From Mizuhopecten yessoensis (lineage: Eukaryota): 34,796 nucleotides of DNA. Below are positions 23,848-34,137 of this stretch, one piece after another (position 1 is the stretch's first letter; each line of letters begins with the position of its first letter). The notes below the pieces were generated by a model that ran no database searches, was not told where the DNA came from, and was given only the letters and a program-made list of their open reading frames with translations. The stretch covers positions 106,497-141,292 of the forward strand of contig NW_018407210.1 in assembly GCF_002113885.1 (NCBI RefSeq), read 5' to 3'. The translations under genes were made by a program, and so were the position numbers.

Positions 23848-25035
23848 CAAGAGGCCCAGAGGGCCTGTATCACTCACCTGGATCTTTATGCCAAACAAGG
23901 ATATATATGGTTATGGGGTGGGGATCTCAACTGTTTCACTGTCATGGCCCATAAGTTAATGTCCTAGGGGTTTATCTCCATATCCCCATCAATTGCATAT
24001 ATTAGCCCCTTAGCCCCACTGAGGGTCAGCCCCTTAGCCCCCCTGAGGGTCAGCCCCTTAGTCCCACCGAGGGTCAGCCCCTTAGCCCCACTGAAGGTCA
24101 GCCCCTTAGCCCCACTGAGGGGCAGCCCCTTAGTCCGACTGACGGTCAGCCCCTTAGTCCCACCGAAGGTCAGCCCCTTAGTCCCACCGAGGGTCAGCCC
24201 CTTAGCCCCACTGAAGGTCAGCCCCTTAGCCCCACCGAAGGTCAGCCCCTTAGTCCCACCGAGGGTCAGCCCCTTAGTCCCACTGAGGGTCAGCCGCTTA
24301 GCGCCACTGACAGTCAGCCCCTTAGTCCCACTGATGGTCAGCCCCTTAGTCCCACTGAGGGTCAGACCCTTAGCCCCACTGACGGTCAGCCCCTTAGACC
24401 CACTGAGGGTCAGCCTCTTAGCGACACTGCCAGTCAGCCCCTTAGCCCCACTGATGGTCAGCCGCTTAGCCCCACTGAGGGTCAGCCCCTTAGCCCCACT
24501 GATGGTCAGTCCCTTAGCCCCACTGAGGGTCAGCCCCTTAGGCCCACTGAGGGTCAGCCCCTTAGTCCCACTGAGGGTCAGCCTCTTAGCGCCACTGACA
24601 GTCAGCCCCTTAGCCCCACTGATGGTCAGCCCCTTAGCCCCACTGAGGGTCAGCCCCTTAGTCCCACTGAGGGTCAGCCCCTTAGCCCCACTGAGGGTCA
24701 GCCCCTTAGTCCCACTGAGGGTCAGCCTCTTAGCCCCACTGACGGTCAGCCCCTTAGTCCCACTGAGGGTCAGCCCCTTAGCCCCACTGACGGTCAGTCC
24801 CTTAGCCCCACTGAGGGTCAGCCCCTTAGTCCTACTGAGGGTCAGCCCCTTAGCCCCACTGAGGGTCAGCCCCTCCTTTTGTTGAATTTTGAATCCTCAC
24901 CACCTGAGGATGCTTCCAGTCAAATTTAAATCAGTTTTTAAGAAGAAGTTGTTTGAAGAAATTGTTGATGGACGGACGATGGGTGCAACAGTATGGTGTA
25001 AGCTCACTTCGGACCTGGTGAGCTCATTACTCACA
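23848..25035 (+). mobile_element. complete-looking head + array + tail element: head 23848-24010, 24-bp array 24005-24885, tail with GATGGACGGACGATGG microsatellite, and palindrome AGCTCAC-TTCGGACCTG-GTGAGCT at 25001-25026
   Basis: Same module order as 27975-29230 and as the truncated copies elsewhere. All copies are on the plus strand. Confidence 0.4.
24005..24885. repeat. 24-bp tandem repeat, ~37 copies (GTCAGCCCCTTAGCCCCACTGAGG)
   Basis: Period 24 = 8 codons. Plus ORF 24334..24885 (PLAPLRVS repeats) is an artefact. Confidence 0.95.
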
Positions 25036-25354
25036 GAATATTGATTATAATAACACATTAGATTCCTGATCATATAACAATTATCATGTTGGTCTTTTTC
25101 CAGTCATTTAAAATTTCACAGAGCATACTCACCCCAATACCTTTGAGCATCATATATAGAGTATTTGATGTTTCAAGTTTGAACTCCTTTTCTATGGTAG
25201 GAGCCATTCTAAAGATAAAAAGCAGAACTCATTTTGAAATATATGTTTGGTTAAAAAGTTCATTCAACAGAGAAACTGATCTATCCACGGTTGACAAATT
25301 AAAACAGTGAAACACTGGAAAGGTTCATTTAGGTTCACTGGTGATGTTATTGAT

Positions 25355-25585
25355 ATGGGAGTTACTTCCCCTTGTTGACCACTGTGGTGAACAAGGTGAC
25401 GTAAACCTGGCTGAGCCGCTAAGTCCCCTGGTCTCTGTCCATAACGGGCCCCTGTTTTCTGATCTGGATGGCCTCCTTCACTTGTCGCACTCGCTGGTTA
25501 CTCTCTCTGTCCACGAGCAGGCTAAGATCATGGACAGAGAGAGTAACCAGCACAGTGGTGAACAAGGGGAAGTAACTCCCATATC
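25355..25585. repeat. nested perfect inverted repeats: outer 31-bp arms (TGGGAGTTACTTCCCCTTGTTGACCACTGTG at 25355-25390 against 25550-25585) and inner 21-bp arms (GCTGGTTACTCTCTCTGTCCA at 25491-25511 against 25531-25551)
   Basis: Reverse-complement symmetry read directly. Plus ORF 25341..25658 runs across it and is not credible as coding. Confidence 0.8.
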
Positions 25586-25806
25586 ACTAACGTCACCAGT
25601 GACCAAGCTGGCAGAATGTCAGCGTAACTGTCTGGGTAAGAACATTGTTTTTACATAGCAGTGACTCGATGAATCTCGCAAATATATAAAACAGTGAAAG
25701 CTTAATAGGAAGGCTTACAACAATGTAATAGAAAGAAATGATACATGATGTCACAAAACATAACTGTGAACTATTAAGACCAAACATGAGAAAGGTGGAT
25801 TACACA

Positions 25807-26060
25807 CAAGAGGCCTAGAGGGCCTGTATTGCTCACCTGGATCTTCATGCCCAGCAATGGTATATATAGCTATATATAAGTTGGGGATCTAAACCATTTC
25901 AACGTTATGGTCCAGTAATTAAGTCCCTAGGGGTTTGGCCAGACCCAAGCCTTAATATTAATATCATGATTGTTTGTTTCTTGATGCCCAACAATGATAT
26001 ATATGGTTATAGGGTGGGCATCTATTTCAAAGTTATGTCTCAGAAATTAAGTCCCTAGGG
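25807..26060 (+). mobile_element. two partial tandem copies of the element head (CAAGAGGCCTAGAGGGCCTGTATTGCTCACCTGGATCTTCATGCC ... TAAGTCCCTAGGGG)
   Basis: 25807-25960 and 25985-26060 align to each other and to 23124-23290. Confidence 0.35.
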
Positions 26061-26189
26061 GCTGAAATTCAAAGAAACGTATTGAAAAATGAGCAAACGC
26101 ACAGCTGGACAAATGTTTTTACGTAAAGGGGCATACTCCCTTAAAAAGGTCTGAAACGAAAAAAAAATAACTTCATTGGGCACAACTTC

Positions 26190-26600
26190 TACCATTTGTA
26201 CAGAAGAAGAATTTTTAAAAATATTTACCTAAATGTCCCCTATACAGGCCCTTTCCCACTGCCCCAGAGGGGCCACATCCTCCATTAATACAAAAATTGA
26301 ATCCCTATGCCCAAGGATGTTGACATCAATATTTTTTTGTTTGAATCCCTCTCTTCGTACAGAAGAAGAATTTTTAATATTTTTCCCTATGTTCTCCCTT
26401 ATGAGTCCTGCCCCTCTGCCACACGGGGAGCCTCTCTCTCCCTTTATACAAAACTGAATTTTCCTTACCAATGGATGTTTTAGGCAAACTTTGGTTAAAA
26501 TCACTCCAATTGTACAGTAGAAGAATTTTACAGATTTACCTCAATTTCCCCTATTAGGGTCCAGCCCCTCTACCCCCAGGAGGGCACATTCTCCATTTAT
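26190..26600. repeat. ~160-bp repeat family, ~2.5 tandem copies (TACAGAAGAAGAATTTTT...CCCCTAT...GGCCCTTTCCCACTGCCCCAGAGGGGCCACATCCTCCATTAATACAAAA.TGAA)
   Basis: Units at 26190-26330, 26350-26500 and 26515-26600. Extra copies at 27825-27960 and 5335-5640. The array is followed by a degenerate tail (GAGCACCGCGAGCAGAAGCATGA). Confidence 0.7.
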
Positions 26601-27039
26601 ACAACAAGAGCACCGCGAGCAGAAGCATGATACGCCGGTCAGACCCCCAGAAGGGTATTGATATATTGGAAGCAGGTAGTGACATATGATATAAATGTGT
26701 TTACTGCCACCGTTTTGTTGGTGACGGTGACCTTGCCATTCATTTACTGTGTTTTTTGCGCAAGCTTTTTTGTGTTTCAGAATTACACTTTCATGGTCAA
26801 TGTTACGTTGGTATTACTAAAACTAGAACTTTGGTTTTGAGGTAGGAGTCTTGAACTGCAATTTGCACCCAGATATTATGGCATAATATACATAATACAT
26901 TGAGTTGATAGATTCAATTGTAAGATGAACTAATGATAGTCAAAAATATTTCATTTTGTTAAAGATGAATGCTGTAATTATATCTGTTAGATATGTTTGG
27001 TTTTTGTATTACCATACTAAATTTGAAATGAATTAAGCA

Positions 27040-27760
27040 AATAATCAAAAAGTTCTTACATTTTCGACAGAATGCCCTTACTTGGCAATGAAAAAAGGGC
27101 ATAACTCTGCTGAATAGTGTTTAAATGTCACAATTTAAGGACTCATTCCAAGCTTTCAGGTAATGAAACAACAAGGTAGTTTAATAAAAATCAGAGAACA
27201 ATTGTTTGAGTTATCTTGTAAACAAGGAAAAGTTAACAGCAAGAACTAAGTACAACGTAATATATGTTGAACGTTATTGCTTCAAGCATTACCGTACAAA
27301 ATTTGAAAGGAACTTATTAAAACATTATTTGAGTTCTCGCCTAAACAAGCAAAAGTTAACGGCAAAAACGATGAACAGCGATACTATGTTAAGTGTGATA
27401 TGCCAAAACGCGAAAAATTGAAACTCGACAGAAAAACCTGTAATATCTGTTGAACATTATTGCTTTTCTAGCATTACCATACAAAATTTGAAAGGAATTT
27501 ATTAAAAAATTAAAAAGTTCTTGCATTTACTACACAATGCCCTTATTTGGCAATGAAAAGTGGCACAACTCCACCAAAATGCATGTAAACTTCTGAAATG
27601 CAAACTCCTAAGATGTTATATTGGTATGCAATATGTGTACTAAATTTCATCAAACTATGTTCATGACTGAAGGCAGAAAAGTGATGACAAGGAAAAGTTT
27701 GATGGACATCAGACAACGCAGCCCATACCATAATACGACCCATCGGACGACGTGCGTATA
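27040..27760 (+). repeat. composite X/Y interspersed repeat (X: TTCTTGCATTTACTACACAATGCCCTTATTTGGCAATGAAAAG..; Y: ~165 bp CAAGGAAAAGTTAACGGCAAAAACGATGAACAGCG..ATTACC[G/A]TACAAAATTTGAAAGGAA, present twice in tandem), ending in a degenerate GGAC-type tail
   Basis: Order X 27040-27190, Y 27195-27350, Y 27350-27520, X plus tail 27520-27760. Second locus at 33545-33900. Confidence 0.6.
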
Positions 27761-28054
27761 AAACTGACTCCTTTTTGTCCAAGAAGGCCCTACACCAAAC
27801 TTGCATGGTTTAAATTTATCAACTCATACAGAAGAAGGATTTTTTTGTTTCCCCTATGTTATCCCTTATAGGTCCCTGCCCCTCTGCCACCAGGGGAACC
27901 ACACCCTCCGTTAATACAAAATTGAAGAAGCCTCTCCCAAGGATGTTCTTGCTATTTGGGGCAGGTGAACTAAATAAAACAGGAAGAGGGCCTGTATCGC
28001 TCACCTGAATATTTAAGCAGTCATAGCAAATTATTCTCATTAAATATTATATTG

Positions 28055-29165
28055 CACTAAAAATATTTCCCTCGCAAACTTTTTTGGCTCCATCTGTTGA
28101 AACTCCCAGCAAAATATTATTATAAGATTCTATGCTTTTTGATTCTTCTTAAGAAGTTGCTTGACATATTTTTCCCTGTGACCTTGTAGGAAAGTCAATG
28201 TCATTTTCCTTCTCAAATTGGTTAGCTCTACTCCAAAATGCTACCAGCCAAATCTTATGAATCCATTCCTTTTAGTTCTTGAGAACAAATCCTTTAAAAT
28301 GTTGTTGACCTCTGTGACCTCTAAAGTAGGTTGAGGTCATTTTCATTCGCAAACTTTGTTGGGCTCTTTCCCAGAAAGCTACAAGCCAAATATTTAGGTT
28401 CTATAACTTTCAGTTTTTCAGAAGAAGTTGTTCTTAGCGTTCGACATATCTGACTCCTGTGACCTTGAAAGTAGGTCAAGGTCATTTTCATTTTTAAACT
28501 TTGTTGGGCTCCATCCTAGGAAGCCACCAGCCAAATATGAAGATTCTATACCTTTTAGTTCATCAGAAGAAGTCGTTTGAAGAGTTTGACATATTTGACC
28601 GCTGTGACCTTGAAAGTACATCAAGGTCATTTTCATTTTCAAACTTTGTTGGGCTTCATCACAGGAAGCCATCAGCCAAATATGAAGATTCTATCTCTTT
28701 TAGTTCTTCAGAAGAAGTCGTTTGAAGAGTTTGATGCATTTGACCCCTCTGACCTTGAAAGTAGGTCAAGGTAATTTTCATTCTCAAACTTTGGCCGGCT
28801 CTATCTCATGAAGCCAACAGCCAAATATGAAGGTTCTATACCTTTTCGTTCTTCAGAAGAAGTCGTTTAAAGTGTTTGACATAATTGACAGCTGTGACCT
28901 TGAAAGTACGTCAAGGTCATTTTCATTCTCAAACTTTCTCCGGCTCCATCCCAGGAAGCCAGCAGCCAAATATGAAGATTCTATACTATTTAGTTCTTCA
29001 GAAGAAGTCATTTGAAGTTTTTGACATATTTGACCCCTGTGACCTTGAAAGTAGGTCAAGGTCATTTTCATTCTCAAACTTTGTCAGGCTCCAACCAACG
29101 AAGCTATCACCCAAATATCATGACTCTAGGCCTGTTCATTCTTCAGAAGAAGTTGTAAAAAGGAA
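28055..29165. repeat. 145-bp tandem repeat, ~7.6 copies. Each unit contains the hairpin GTGACCTTGAAAGTAGGTCAAGGTCA
   Basis: CCAAATATGA recurs at 28531, 28676, 28821 and 28966. The small ORFs on both strands at 28418-29172 are artefacts. Confidence 0.9.
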
Positions 29166-29200
29166 AAGTTGACGAACGACAGACACCGCACCATGACATA

Positions 29201-29229
29201 AGCTCACTTGCCCTTCGGGCAGGTGAGCT
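29201..29229 (+). repeat. 29-bp palindrome AGCTCACTTGCCC-TTC-GGGCAGGTGAGCT (13-bp stem with one mismatch)
   Basis: Read directly. It sits at the junction between the 145-bp array and the 32-bp array. Confidence 0.85.
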
Positions 29230-31680
29230 AACAAGGAATCATTAACCAGCTGGTAGATAACAACAAGGATCTACTAACCAGCTGGTAGATAACAACAAGG
29301 AATCATTAACCAGCTGGTAGATAACAACAAGGAACCACTAACCAGCTGGTAGATAACAACAAGGAACCACTAACCAGCTGGTAGATAACAACAAGGAATC
29401 ATTAACCAGCTGGTAGATAACAACAAGGAACCACTAACCAGCTGGTGGATAACAACAAGGATCCACTAACCAGCTGGTAGGTAACAACAAGGATCCACTA
29501 ACCAGCTGGTAGGTAACAACAAGGATCCACTAACCAGCTGGTAGATAATAATAAGGATCCACTAAGCAGCTGGTAGATAACAACAAGGAATCACTAACCA
29601 GCTGGGAGATAACAACAAGGATCCACTAACCAGCTGGTAGATAAAAACAAGGAATCACTTACCAGCTGGTAGATAACAACAAGGAACCACTTACCAGCTG
29701 GTAGATAACAACAAGGAACCACTTACCAGCTGGTAGATAACAACAAGGATCCACTCACCAGCTGGTAGATAACAACAAGGATCCACTAGCCAGCTGGTAG
29801 ATAACAACAAGGAATCACTTCCCAGCTGGTAGATAACAACAAGGATCCACTATCCAGCTGGTAGATAATAATAAGGATCCACTACCCAGCTGGTAGATAA
29901 CAACAAGGATCCACTAGCCAGCTGGTAGATAACAACAAGGAATCACTTCCCAGCTGGTAGATAACAACAAGGATCCACTAGCCAGCTGGTAGATAACAAC
30001 AAGGAATCACTTCCCAGCTGGTAGATAACAACAAGGATCCACTAGCCAGCTGGTAGATAACAACAAGGAATCACTTACCAGCTGGTATATAATAATAAGG
30101 ATCCACTAACCAGCTGGTAGATAACAACAAGGCATCACTTACCAGCTGGTAGATAATAATAAGGATCCACTAAGCAGCTGGTAGATAACAACAAGGAATC
30201 ACTAACCAGCTGGTAGCTAACAACAAGGAATCACTAACCAGCTGGTAGATAATAACAAGGAACCACTTACCAGCTGGTAGATAACAACAAGGATCCACTA
30301 AACAGCTGGTAGATAACAACAAGGATCCACTAACCAGCTGGGAGATAACAACAAGGAATCACTAACCAGCTGGTAGATAACGACAAGGAATCACTAACCA
30401 GCTGGTAGATAACGACAAGGAATCACTAACCAGCTGGTAGATAACGACAAGGAATCACTAACCAGCTGGTAGATAACAACAAGGATCCACTAACCAGCTG
30501 GGAGATAACAACAAGGAATCACTAACCAGCTGGTAGATAACGACAAGGAATCACTAACCAGCTGGTAGATAACGACAAGGAATCACTAACCAGCTGGTAG
30601 ATAACAACAAGGATCCACTCACCAGCTGGTAGATAACAACAAGGATCCACTAGCCAGCTGGTAGATAACAACAAGGAATCACTTCCCAGCTGGTAGATAA
30701 CAACAAGGATCCACTAACCAGCTGGTAGATAATAACAAGGAATCACTTACCAGCTGGTAGATAATAACAAGGAAACACTAACCAGCTGGTAGATAACAAC
30801 AAGGAATCCCTAACCAGCTGGTAGATAACAACAAGGAATCCCTAACCAGCTGGTAGATAACAACAAGGAATCACTTACCAGCTGGTAAATAACAACAAGG
30901 AATCACTTACCAGCTGGTAAATAACAACAAGGAATCACTTACCAGCTGGTAAATAACAACAAGGAATCACTTACCAGCTGGTAAATAACAACAAGGAATC
31001 ACTTACCAGCTGGTATATAATAATAAGGATCCACTAACCAGCTGGTAGTTAACAACAAGGAATCATTAACCAGCTGGTAGATAACAACAAGGAACCACTT
31101 ACCAGCTGGTAGATAACAACAAGGAATCACTTCCCAGCTGGTAGATAACAACAAGGATCCACTATCCAGCTGGTAGATAATAATAAGGATCCACTAAGCA
31201 GCTGGTAGATAACAACAAGGAATCACTAACCAGCTGGTAGCTAACAACAAGGAATCACTAACCAGCTGGTAGCTAACAACAAGGAATCACTAACCAGCTG
31301 GTAGATAATAACAAGGAATCACTAACCAGCTGGTAGATAATAACAAGGAACCACTTACCAGCTGGTAGATAACAACAAGGATCCACTCACCAGCTGGTAG
31401 ATAACAACAAGGATCCACTATCCAGCTGGTAGATAATAATAAGGATCCACTAACCAGCTGGTAGATAACAACTAGGAATCACTAACCAGCTGGTAGATAA
31501 CAACAAGGAATCACTTACCAGCTGGTAGATAATAATAAGGATCCACTAACCAGCTGGTAGATAACAACAAGGAATCACTAACCAGCTGGTAGATAACAAC
31601 AAGGAATCACTAACCAGCTGGTAGATAACAACAAGGATCCACTAACCAGCTGGTAGATAATAATAAGGATCCACTAACCA
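29230..31680. repeat. 32-bp satellite, ~77 copies (ACCAGCTGGTAGATAACAACAAGGAATCACTA; variants GGATCCACTAACC, GGAACCACTTACC, ATAATAATAAGG) with local higher-order repeats
   Basis: Period 32 measured at 29281 to 29313. HOR: 30300-30440 matches 30460-30600. A homogenised GGTAAATAACAACAAGGAATCACTTACC run spans 30860-31010. Confidence 0.95.
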
Positions 31681-31709
31681 TAGTGAACACAATGAAGTTC
31701 TTACCAGGT

Positions 31710-31715
31710 TTTATT
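31710..31715 (-). promoter_or_regulatory. AATAAA polyadenylation signal (in CATTGATTAATAAAACC) downstream of the candidate terminal exon
   Basis: Position relative to the stop at 31781-31783. The A/T-rich context lowers its specificity. Confidence 0.3.
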
Positions 31716-31780
31716 AATCAATGAACAACTAACTAGATATGTTACAACAATACTTTTTTTTTTACAAATTCTTTAAACAC

Positions 31781-31963
31781 TCACGAGTATGAAGTCTTTT
31801 GGTTTTTTTCTTCTCTTTCTTCTACATCTTCATATATACCATCTTCACACAGATAAACATCCATCTTTTCTTTAACCAGAACAGCATCATCATACATCAT
31901 ACTCTGTTCAGTTGCCCATTCCATTGCACAATCGTCAGGCTCATATTCATCACCCCCCTGGTA
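31781..31963 (-). CDS. candidate 3'-terminal coding exon: YQGGDEYEPDDCAMEWATEQSMMYDDAVLVKEKMDVYLCEDGIYEDVEEREEKNQKTSYS*
   Basis: Acceptor TGATGTTTTAG| immediately 5' (minus strand). The exon is in phase 0. Stop TGA at 31781-31783, and AATAAA about 66 nt downstream. Confidence 0.3.
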   Translation of the reverse strand, partial: YQGGDEYEPDDCAMEWATEQSMMYDDAVLVKEKMDVYLCEDGIYEDVEEREEKNQKTSYS

Positions 31964-32066
31964 CTAAAACATCACAGATCCCATTTAATATCAAAATTGA
32001 AATTTTCCACCTGTTATCTACATCGTCTCACTTTCTCAATAAATTTCGCTTAAAGTTTGATGACTT

Positions 32067-32160
32067 TTGATATATGACAAGAGTCCCAGGGACCTTAAGA
32101 AGACCTGAGTTTGATATATGACAAGAGTCCCAGGGACCTTAAGAAGACCCGAGTTTGTTT
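32067..32160. repeat. 44-bp tandem duplication, ~2.1 copies (TTTGATATATGACAAGAGTCCCAGGGACCTTAAGAAGACCTGAG)
   Basis: Copies begin at 32067 and 32111. Confidence 0.8.
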
Positions 32161-32618
32161 TAGCAATTATGTTATTGAAATAATCGTTATATAGGGCAAG
32201 ATACAGTAGGACATGTAAATATGGCAACTGTTGATTCACTGACAATCTCATTTTGCCCCGAGCTCCCAGGTCATGGCCTTACTTATACCACAAAACTGTC
32301 ATCTCATGATAATTATTTTATTAAAGTTTTAATTGTTTTCTACCTTATAAACAAAACATCACCTAATAAACAAATACCTATACTTTAAATTGTTATTTCA
32401 AAGTATATGGTAAACCCCCCACCTTTAGGGGAGAAATGGTGACTTTGAGGTAACGAAATTCACAGTTTTTATATAGCACCTTAGGATCTTTCCATTTGTC
32501 CAATGTCAAATCAACAGACTTATAATATTATACTAGTGTCAAACCAACTAAAAACATCCCTATCAGATTAACAAAACATATTTATATGGTGTTGATGTGA
32601 TATGTTATGTGAACTTAC

Positions 32619-32684
32619 GTAAGTTTTAGCATGTAATTCATCTAAAGTTATGCTTTCTTCCTCCTCTTCCTCCTCTTCCTCCTC
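32619..32684 (-). CDS. candidate small exon encoding EEEEEEEEEESITLDELHAKTY, ending at a perfect GTAAGT splice donor; the 5' boundary is uncertain
   Basis: Minus strand reads ...GAG GAG GAA... ACT TAC|GTAAGTTC. Imperfect codon-phased (GAG GAG GAA)n. The exon ends in phase 0, which matches the phase-0 start of the candidate terminal exon at 31963. Confidence 0.25.
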
Positions 32685-33019
32685 CTTAGCAAAGCAGAAA
32701 AAAAAATGATTTATGATATTGTAATAATCATATACTCTTATACTTTCTATATGTGTAACTGTAAGGTGTTCAATATTGCTATATATAGTCTACAGGTAAC
32801 AGAGGTAGTTTTTATCGTGTGTAGTCAACCTTGATAGAATACCCTTCACTTATATTTTCCATCGATAATTGTACGACTAGATTATTTAGGTTATATCATC
32901 TTACATAAGACCAGCGGTCACTGGCCCTGGGTCGATCTTTTTCTCTCTCCTTGGAAGACGACAAGGTAATTAATATTATAGTTTTGGAATAACGACCTCT
33001 CTACACCTTGCTGATAGTG

Positions 33020-33230
33020 AATTGCTGGCGTAACAGGGGACCTGGGATGAGCTGTACTGCAGGGGTATTAGCGCGGCACTGAGTACGCTGGGAAACGCCA
33101 GTAGCGCCAGGAAAGTGGCGCCAGCGTATTTGCTGACCAAGTGGTTCCCGGTAATTCCGTTATCGGCGAGGGTAGCGGTGGCCGCACGTTCCAGAGGTTC
33201 GGAAGCCTGTGTTACTATATGTAAATAGCT
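33020..33230. other. compositionally distinct GC- and CpG-rich island of ~200 bp in an otherwise AT-rich stretch
   Basis: Dense CpGs (GCGCGGCAC, ACGCTGG, AACGCC, AGCGCC, GGCGCCAGCG, CCCGG, ATCGGCGAGGG, GCGGTGGCCGCACG). No ORF. Not recognisable as a tRNA or snRNA. Confidence 0.4.
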
Positions 33231-33544
33231 ACTTCTATCTCATCACATGTAAATACTTCATTCGCCAAAATGAACCTGATCGAACTGTTTTTGTCGTTGC
33301 TGGTCATATGTTGTTGTTTATGTCTATACAACAAGAACCGGGAAAAACGTTACAATATGATTGTATTTGTTAGACGCAATTGATGAACTCTTCTAATTGT
33401 TTTTGTTTTGTTCAGGGTTTAATGTCTACAAACCGTTGAGGCCATGCCAAGATAGACGTCTAGGGAGACATACCAAAATGAAAGGCTGGAGAGACACCGA
33501 CATTTACAAGAATTCCACAGGAGCGGATGTGTTGCCTGCTCAGC

Positions 33545-33900
33545 GCTTTTAGTGAGAAAAGTGTTTTGGCTTGAGTTATAGCGTAAATAAGCAAAAATTT
33601 ATGGCAAAAACGATGAACAGCGTTCCTATATGTCAAGTGTGATATGCCAAAACGTGGAAAGTTGAAACTCAACAGAAAAACCTGTAACATATGTTGATCA
33701 TTATTGCTCCTAGCATTACCATACAAAATTTAAAAGGAGTTGATTAAAATATAAACGAATTCTTGCATTTACTACACAATGCCCTTATTTGGCAATAGAA
33801 GGGGCATAACTCCACCAAAAATGCATGTAAACTTCTGAAATGCGAACTTGTCTGAGCTATACTGTTATGCAATAGGTGGACCAACCCAAGGGAACTGAAG
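33545..33900 (+). repeat. second locus of the X/Y interspersed repeat (Y 33545-33760, X 33760-33900)
   Basis: Aligns to 27350-27620. Confidence 0.6.
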
Positions 33901-34137
33901 TTATCGCACGGAAACCTTGTTTCGGACAACGCAACCGACGCTTTGCAGGCGACACAAAAAGGCGGTTGGTTGGAGAGAAATGAAAATGTCGATGTCTCAA
34001 GAGTTGCAATGGAGACAGTACATCAATTTTTGTTTTTCCAATGTCCCCTTAGAAGAGAACACAGAAAAAAAATGTCCCAAGCTTCGGGTTCCACATGAGT
34101 CACCTCTTGTGGAGTGGGATACAGCAGGCCTATTGTT

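Larger units (their letters stand above)
27975..29230 (+). mobile_element. complete-looking head + array + tail element: head ~27984-28020 (AAGAGGGCCTGTATCGCTCACCTG), 145-bp array, tail GACGAACGACAGACACCGCACC plus palindrome
   Basis: Module order identical to 23848-25035. Preceded by one ~160-bp unit of the 26190 family at 27825-27960. Confidence 0.4.

Noticed and set aside
24334-24885. Plus ORF of 183 aa (PLAPLRVS repeats)
   Set aside because: It is the 24-bp (8-codon) tandem repeat. The other frames are equally repetitive.
25341-25658. Plus ORF of 105 aa
   Set aside because: It spans the nested perfect palindrome. Half of it is the reverse-complement translation of the other half, which is not expected for coding sequence.
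28418-29172. Cluster of 62-95-aa ORFs on both strands
   Set aside because: They lie entirely within the 145-bp tandem array and recur once per unit.
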